In this document: piece after piece, positions 1-5,098 of the stretch
Layout: the number at the start of each line of letters is the position of its first letter
Position numbering within the stretch: the first letter of the stretch is position 1
From: Octopus sinensis
Taxonomy: Eukaryota
DNA: 5,098 nt
NCBI RefSeq assembly: GCF_006345805.1
Contig: NW_021830140.1
Location: 1 to 5,098 of the forward strand
Direction: 5' to 3'
Program-made: the position numbers and the translations under genes
Notes under the pieces: model-generated
The model's input: the letters and a program-made list of their open reading frames with translations, nothing else
What the model was told of the DNA's origin: nothing
Database searches by the model: none

Positions 1-258
1 ATTTTTTTTTTAAAATCGTTGGAATCATCGTTGACATTTTAGAGAGTTACTCCCTTATATAATAGCGAAAAAATATGTATTAAAATTTTTTTTTAAATCG
101 TAGACTCACCGTAGACGCGCGCTAATACCCAGAAGGGTTGATATGAATCACGACTATAGAGATACCCGGTTTTGGTTAAACTGCACCGCAAAATGTGGGA
201 GTAGTTAGGAATCTAAATCGTAGGAGACAGACACACAACCTTACTTTATATATAAAGA
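1..258 (-). mobile_element. Non-autonomous Helitron-like unit 1 (partial; 5' part only, continues past the window edge), variant subfamily
   Basis: On the - strand it starts TCTTTATATATAAAG at 258, directly after the CTAG of unit 2. Positions about 90-258 align with about 590-764 and about 1095-1269. It lacks the roughly 205-bp internal segment of units 2 and 3 and carries different diagnostic bases. Confidence 0.75.
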
Positions 259-764
259 CTAGCAGTATCGCCCGGCGTTGCTCGGGTTGTAAGGGAAATA
301 ACTATATAAGCATTTTTAGAGAGTTTACTTCCTTATAGATGCCAATTCGGCTTTCTTAGCCATTTCTTTTGGTGTCTTCAAGCCATGAAGTCGTTGTTCT
401 AAAAAGAACGCTGGTCTCCTGACAACGCTTTACGACGTTAATTTCCTTACACTCCCTTCCCCACAGAATCACGAGGGAGGGAAGAAGGGAAGAGCAAACA
501 GGTTGCAGTGGGACCATGGACTCCAACTCCGCCCCCATCGACACACGAAAAATTATGCATTAAAATGGATATAAAAAATGATGTTAAATTATTTTTAAAT
601 CGTAGACTCATCGTAGACGCGTGCTAATACTCAGACGGGCTCGATATGAATCACGACTATAAGATACCGAATTTGGTTATTAAAATGCACCGCAAAATGT
701 GGGAGTAGTTAGGAATCTAAATCGAAGGGGACAGACACCACACAACTACAGTTTTATATATAGA
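259..764 (-). mobile_element. Non-autonomous Helitron-like unit 2 (506 bp, complete)
   Basis: The - strand begins TCTATATATAAAAC (764) and ends CCCGAGCAACGCCGGG-CGATACTG-CTAG. That is a 16-nt GC-rich hairpin (271-286), an 8-nt spacer and CTAG (259-262), the canonical 5'-TC / 3'-hairpin-CTRR Helitron termini. No TIRs or TSD. Confidence 0.85.
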
Positions 765-1269
765 CTAGCAGTATCGCCCGGCGTTGCTCGGGTTTGTAAG
801 GGAAATAACTATATAAGCATTTTTAGAGAGTTACTTCCCTATAATTCGGGCTTCTTAGCCATTTTTGTTTTGGTGTCTTCAAGCCATGAAGTCGTTGTTC
901 TAAAAGAACGCTGGTTTCCTTCACAACGCATTACGACGTTTGATTTATTTACACTCCCTTCCCCACAGCTTCACGAGGGAGGGAAGGGGCAGAAGCAAAC
1001 AGGTGCAGCTGTGAGCGTGGACGCCAACTCCACCGCCATCGACACCACGATGCATTTATGCATTAAAATGGAATAAAAAAATGATGTTAAATTATTTTTA
1101 AAATCGTAGACTCATCGTTGACGCGCGCTAATAGTCAGACGGGCTCGATATGAATCACGACTATAAGATACCCGAATTTGGTTAAACTGCACCGCAAAAT
1201 GTGGGAGGAGTTAGGAATCTAAATCGAAGGGGACAGACACTCACACAACTAGAGTTTTATATATATAGA
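765..1269 (-). mobile_element. Non-autonomous Helitron-like unit 3 (505 bp, complete)
   Basis: The - strand reads A|TCTATATATATAAAAC, with the target A at 1270 and TC at 1269-1268. The same 3' hairpin is at 777-792 and CTAG at 765-768. It is colinear with unit 2 along its length. Confidence 0.85.
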
Positions 1270-1430
1270 TATACATATATATACTGGGTGCGGGGAATAA
1301 ACTGTCGTCTAAATTACGCAAAAATGACAAAATAACACCGACATCCCATTTCAACAGTTTTATTTACCAAAATTGCATAAAAATATCTTGAAATACTAAA
1401 GAGTAAATTTTTTTTCAATAGGCGCAGGAG

Positions 1431-1484
1431 TGGCTGTGTGGTAAGTAGCTTGCTTACCAACCACATGGTTCCGGGTTCAGTCCC
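1431..1484 (+). promoter_or_regulatory. Internal RNA polymerase III type-2 promoter (A and B boxes) of the SINE
   Basis: TGGCTGTGTGG matches TRGCNNARYGG imperfectly. GGTTCAGTCCC matches GGTTCRANNCC imperfectly. The 32-nt spacing is tRNA-like. Confidence 0.75.
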
Positions 1485-1580
1485 ACTGCGTGGCATCTTG
1501 GGCAAGGGTCTTTGCTATAGCCCCGGGCGACCAATGCCTTGTGAGTGATTGGTTAGACGGAAACTGAAAGAAGCCTGTCG

Positions 1581-1592
1581 TATATATATATA

Positions 1593-1641
<49 letters not shown>

Positions 1642-1669
1642 TGTGTGTGTGTTTGTGTGTCTGTGTTGT
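1581..1669. repeat. Compound (TA)n/(GT)n microsatellite inside the SINE
   Basis: Near-perfect TA run at 1581-1635 followed by a degenerate GT run. Confidence 0.97.
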
Positions 1670-2410
1670 CCCCCTAGCATTGCTTGACAACCGATGCTGT
1701 GTGTTTACGTCCCCATCACTTAGCGGTTCGGCAAAAAGAGATGATAGAATAAGTACTGGGCTTACAAAGAATAAGTCTCGGAGTCGATTTGCTCGACTAA
1801 AAGGCGGTGCTCCAGTATGGCAGCAGTCAAATGACTGAAACAAGTAAAAGAGTAAAAGAGTAAAGAGAGAGAGAATCGCCACGGCCTCCAAGACGACTTC
1901 AGAATCTCCTGCTACTCTTCTGGACGGTTTGCTGCCATAATCCTTGCCTTCACTTTATCTTTGGTGTTACAAAGAGTTTTGTTGGTCTCTTGGTGAACTG
2001 CGCGCCGCATATAATAATCAAGAGGTGCGCAGTCTGGGGAGTTAGGTGCCCAGATGTTAGGGGGATGTAATCACAGAAATTCTCTGACAGCCATGACTGG
2101 GTTATCCTTCTTGTGCGGCATGGTGCAGAGTTCTGTTGCTAGAGGGTCTTCCAGTAGCCACCCTCTTGACCCAGGGCAGCACAACCACCTCCAGGCACTT
2201 GATATAGGTCTCCATGTTGAGTGTGAGGCCGTATTGGAGGCATAATGTCACCATCACTAGTGATCACTCCAAACACCATGATGTTGGCTGGATGTTTGAT
2301 TTTTATCATTCATGGTACATGTCCTCATATCGCACTGTCCTCAGACTGACACACAAACACTCTGAAATATTCGTATAGGAGCTTCCGTATTGAGTCCTCT
2401 TTCTCTTACA

Positions 2411-2457
<47 letters not shown>

Positions 2458-2496
2458 ATATATATATATATATATATGTGTGTGTAGGTAAGTATG

Positions 2497-2530
<34 letters not shown>
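2411..2530. repeat. Compound (TA)n(GT)n(TA)n microsatellite
   Basis: Directly visible. Its last TA (2529-2530) is the left target dinucleotide of the mariner. Confidence 0.97.
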
Positions 2531-3805
2531 CGAGGGGCGTTCAATAAGTAATGCCTCTGACCCACTTGCAATTGTTTGCATGTGCAATTATTTATATCTC
2601 TATAGATAAAGTGGCAAATTACAGCTCTGAACTAATTGTGGTTTCTGATTTACAGGTGTTTGAACTGAGTCAAGTGTGAAATGGAGCCTGTTGAGTGTCG
2701 AGCAGTGATCCGGTTTTTGTATTTGAAAGGACGCACACCACGGGAGACTTTTGATGAAATGAAAGTAACTTATGGTGATGATGCCCCATCATATGACCTT
2801 GTTAAACGCTGGCATCGTGAATTCAAACATGGTCGGAACTCTGTGGAAACAGCTCCCAGATCTGGTCACCCCCCTTCTGCCATTGATGGGGCATCTGTCC
2901 GTCAGGTTGAGGCTGCCATTCTGGAAGATCGACGCATAACTATTCGCCAAATAGCCCATGAGGTCAAGGTTAGTACCGAGTCTGTGGAAACTATCATTCA
3001 TGACCATTTGCATATGCAAAAGGTGTCTGCCAGATGGATTCTCAGGTTGCTCACACCTTTCCAGAAGCAAGAACGCGTCGAGTGCTCGAGGATGAATTTG
3101 GAGATGTGCCAAGAAAATGAGTCAAAATTTTTCAAAAGACTGATTACACAGGATGAAACCTGAGTCCATCACTATGATCCAGAGACCAAAGCCGAGTCAA
3201 TGCAGTGGAAGCACCGTGACTCACCTCCTCCAAAGAAGGCAAGGGTGCAGCCCTCCGCTGGTAAGGTCATGCTCACAGTCTTCTGGGACCAGGACGGAGT
3301 AGTGATGACAGATTTCATGGCAAAGGGTACCGCAATTACAGGAGCCTATTATGCTTCATTTTTGAGGAAATTAAGAAAAGCTATCAAAATCAAGAGGCGG
3401 GGCAAGATCAGCAAAGACATCCTCCTCCTGCAGGACAACGCTGCGGTCCACAACTTGCGTATCGCCAGATCAGAAGCACAGGCGTGCGGCTATGAACTCC
3501 TCCCCATCCCTCCTACTCTCCTGACCTTGCACCCTCTGATTTTCACCTCTTCCCAGCTATGAAGTTGTTTTTTAAAGGAAAGCGTTTCCCAGATGATGCA
3601 GCCTTGATTTCTGAATTCACGTCGTGGTTGGAGGACCAGGCTTGGGTCTCCTACAAAAACGGTCCCCAGAGCTGCATCAAACGATGGGAGAAATGCGTAA
3701 TTCTGGGTGGTTCCTATGTAGAAAAAGACTAATAACTGTGCCAAGTTTCGTTGCTCTACTGCTATGGGAAGTGGGTTAGGGGCATTACTTATTGAACGCC
3801 CCTCG
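2531..3805 (+). mobile_element. Full-length mariner DNA transposon (1275 bp, DD34D; Himar1/Hsmar2-like, probably irritans subfamily)
   Basis: Perfect 25-bp TIRs CGAGGGGCGTTCAATAAGTAATGCC (2531-2555 / 3781-3805) extend to 37 bp with 2 mismatches (to 2567 / from 3769). TA flanks both ends (2529-2530, 3806-3807), and the element encloses a transposase frame. The subfamily call is by eye. Confidence 0.97.
2681..3732 (+). pseudogene. Mariner transposase pseudogene (350 aa when repaired)
   Basis: ATG at 2681, N-terminal HTH region, WILRLL (WVPRLL motif), TQDET (D at 3152-3154), in-frame TGA at 3161-3163 where W is expected (DETWVHHYDPE), LQDNAAVH (D at 3434-3436), a 1-bp deletion in the C run at 3502-3505, then HPSYSPDLAPSDFHLF (D at 3538-3540) and RWEKC...YVEKD*, TAA at 3730-3732. 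There are exactly 34 residues between the second and third D. Confidence 0.96.
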
Positions 3806-3840
3806 TATATATAATATATATATATATACATACACACATA
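3806..3840. repeat. (TA)n/(CA)n tract between the mariner and the LINE fragment
   Basis: Directly visible low-complexity tract. Confidence 0.9.
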
Positions 3841-4476
3841 TTGAGTAGTCATCTGGTCAGAATGAAGGATTCAAGGATGCCAAAACAACTCTTTTATGGA
3901 GAGTTAGCTAAAGGAGAACGACCTCCACATAAACCAAAAAAGAGGTATAAGAACTTGCTGAAGGCTTCCTTAAGAGATGCTTGCATCTCTCCTGACACAT
4001 GGGAAGGCATAGCTATTGATCGTAGCGGCTGGAGAAGGATTGTGCATGAGGGGACAGCAACGTTTGAGAAATCTCGAGTTGCACATGAGAAAGTAAGGAG
4101 GGATGTCAGGAAGGGCATCGCTGTTACACTTCCAGAAGGGAAGGGTCTTCCTTTGATTCTGACATGCAATTTCTGTGCAAGACCATGCCTCAGTAAAGCT
4201 GGACTCATGAGTCATCATTGTAGTCATAAAACGAGACAGATGAGTGACAATCTGGCCACTGGTGGTGGTGCAATACACCATACTAATCATATCTGTCGGG
4301 CATGTGGAAGAGAGTGTAATTCGGCAGGAGGACTTAAACGACATGCAAAGGTACATGAAGCCCAGTTACAACTACAGCCGGCTATTACCTGTAAAGGTTT
4401 TAGTTGCCAATTTTGTACAAGACATTGTAGATCTTTAGCTGGGCTAAAGAGTCACATTCGATTACAGCACCAGTAA
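3841..4476 (+). pseudogene. C-terminal fragment of RTE LINE ORF with three C2H2 zinc fingers (open frame, no genuine start)
   Basis: 211 uninterrupted codons. The TTG start is at the truncation point. Fingers are at 4165-4227 (CNFC-x12-H-x3-H), 4294-4356 (CRAC-x12-H-x3-H) and 4405-4470 (CQFC-x12-H-x4-H). Confidence 0.85.
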
Positions 4477-4528
4477 CAGTTAAGCTTCGTGCAATGGCCA
4501 TACTCGATAACGAGGAGGCAGCCAAAAA
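3841..4528 (+). mobile_element. 5'-truncated RTE-clade (BovB-like) non-LTR retrotransposon, 3' end
   Basis: The translation (W)SxHLVRMKDSRMPKQLFYGEL...PKKRYKNLLKASL...WEGIAIDRSGWRRIVHEG matches the post-RT C-terminal region of RTE ORFs. The stop at 4474-4476 is followed by a short 3' UTR with a stem-loop (4497-4519), then A5 and (TA)n. The RT domain itself is absent. Confidence 0.88.
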
Positions 4529-4863
4529 TATATATATATATATATAAAACATTTTCATTTTACTTTGTGCTACCCCATGTTGTCATCTTGTTTTGCAGCC
4601 GCGCACCTTTTTTGCTGTATAGGTTTGATTTATTTCGTCGTGTCTGTTTTCGTTATTGTCCTGTACATTCGTTACCTATTCCCAATGGCATCTTGCCACT
4701 GGCGCTACCCAGAGTGAACAATATCAACGTTAAAGGCACGAAACTGTAATGATCCTTTAGACGTTGACTGAAGTGTAATGAGCTACGAATTTTCTGTTTG
4801 TTATATTTCTGTAATACTTCCGTTTGTGGTATTTTTGTTAATTTTCTGATCATATATATATAT

Positions 4864-5023
4864 AGGGATGACCTCCCTTTGCAAATATAATAAGGGCACA
4901 GATAGTGTGCCTTAAAGCCAGCTGGAGACGATGATCTCCTGGGGCTAAAAGCTACAGTAACACACACCCTTAGTGGTTAGCCATATTGAGATGGCTATCA
5001 TACTTTACATCTCGTTCAGAGAT
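4864..5023. other. Hairpin-dense cassette of unknown identity, bounded by (TA)n tracts
   Basis: Five stem-loops: 4864-4878 (5 bp), 4891-4914 (9 bp, 1 bulge), 4924-4939 (5 bp), 4978-4997 (7 bp) and 5009-5023 (5 bp). Confidence 0.55.
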
Positions 5024-5031
5024 TTATTATT

Positions 5032-5034
<3 letters not shown>

Positions 5035-5096
<62 letters not shown>
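5035..5096. repeat. (TA)n microsatellite
   Basis: Directly visible, with one phase shift. Confidence 0.98.

Positions 5097-5098
<2 letters not shown>

Larger units (their letters stand above)
1421..1873 (+). mobile_element. tRNA-derived SINE with internal microsatellite and tandem-repeat tail (resembles abundant octopus SINEs)
   Basis: tRNA-like head with Pol III A box TGGCTGTGTGG (1431-1441) and B box GGTTCAGTCCC (1474-1484). The body contains CTTGGGCAAG and an internal (TA)n(GT)n tract. Two 3' stem-loops (1782-1798, 1824-1837) precede a tail of AGTAAAAG repeats and (AG)n (1843-1873). The octopus assignment is from recalled family similarity, not a search. Confidence 0.88.
1284..2386 (-). 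mobile_element. Decayed DD37D (maT-family) Tc1/mariner DNA transposon, internally deleted, one end missing, interrupted by a SINE
   Basis: Transposase remnants lie on the - strand at 1874-2308 and 2333-2386. The C-terminal IEKKFTL* is at 1396-1419. A terminus TA|CTGGGTGCGGGGAATAAACTGTCG (TA at 1282-1283) looks like a TIR end. No partner TIR was found in the window. Confidence 0.75.
1396..2386 (-). pseudogene. DD37D transposase pseudogene fragments
   Basis: Manual translation across frameshifts gives GSSYTNISECLCVSLRTV (HTH-like, 2333-2386), KHPANIMVFGVITSDGDIMPP (2235-2297), GLTLNMETYIKCLEVVVLPWVKRVATGRP, *QQNSAPC (catalytic D now N, 2130-2132), WAPNSPDCAPLDYY (2011-2052) and VQKSSRRF*SRL...GD / IE. 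The 110 nt between the second and third acidic positions equal 37 codons with a 1-bp deletion. Confidence 0.85.

Noticed and set aside
356-1076. ORFs 356..544 (-) and 699..1076 (+) as genes
   Set aside because: They lie in non-coding Helitron units, have no recognisable domain, and their frames are not preserved between the tandem copies.
259-1269. CRISPR array or simple satellite
   Set aside because: Units are about 505 bp with no short repeat/unique spacer pattern, and they have Helitron termini in a eukaryotic context.
1421-1495. Functional tRNA gene
   Set aside because: A and B boxes are present, but I cannot form a full cloverleaf or acceptor stem, and the sequence continues into a SINE body and tail.
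2054-2245. ORF 2054..2245 (+)
   Set aside because: It is antisense to the DD37D transposase remnant.
1553-2609. ORFs with YIYI/HTHT/CVCV runs (1553..1891, 1638..1838, 2306..2587, 2341..2571, 2427..2609)
   Set aside because: They are translations of microsatellites and SINE sequence. Only the short HTH-like stretch at 2333-2386 is retained as a transposase remnant.
2681-3732. Domesticated or active transposase (SETMAR-like)
   Set aside because: It has a premature stop and a frameshift, intact TIRs, and no SET domain or exon evidence.
2789-4438. ORFs 2789..3112, 3490..3852, 3894..4208, 3970..4356 and 4244..4438
   Set aside because: They are antisense or alternate-frame shadows of the mariner and RTE frames. 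The YEGRSISNA peptide seen in two ORFs is simply the TIR.
3841-4476. Host Kruppel-type zinc-finger gene
   Set aside because: The N-terminal half is RTE LINE sequence, there is no ATG at the truncation point, no TGEKP linkers, and a LINE-like 3' end follows.
4705-4752. Type I hammerhead using CGAAAC at 4739-4744
   Set aside because: No upstream CUGANGA (only CCCAGA) and no credible stems I and III.
4489-4967. ORFs 4489..4749 (+) and 4653..4967 (-)
   Set aside because: They have non-ATG starts, cross microsatellites and contain no recognisable motif.

Overview
Gene-free, AT-rich eukaryotic repeat region made almost entirely of adjacent and nested transposons separated by (TA)n/(GT)n tracts. 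The SINE and microsatellite make-up resembles octopus/cephalopod DNA (inference). From left to right: (1) a head-to-tail array of at least three non-autonomous Helitron-like units on the - strand with exact CTAG|TC junctions (1-1269); (2) a decayed DD37D (maT-type) Tc1/mariner element on the - strand (1284-2386), split by (3) a tRNA-derived SINE (1421-1873); (4) a full-length 1275-bp DD34D mariner with TIRs and only two visible inactivating lesions (2531-3805); (5) a 5'-truncated RTE-clade LINE whose ORF ends in three C2H2 zinc fingers (3841-4528); (6) unassigned DNA with a degenerate hammerhead-like fold (about 4715-4800) and a cassette of five hairpins (4864-5023). No host gene is supported, and most ORFs in the track are artefacts of repeats.
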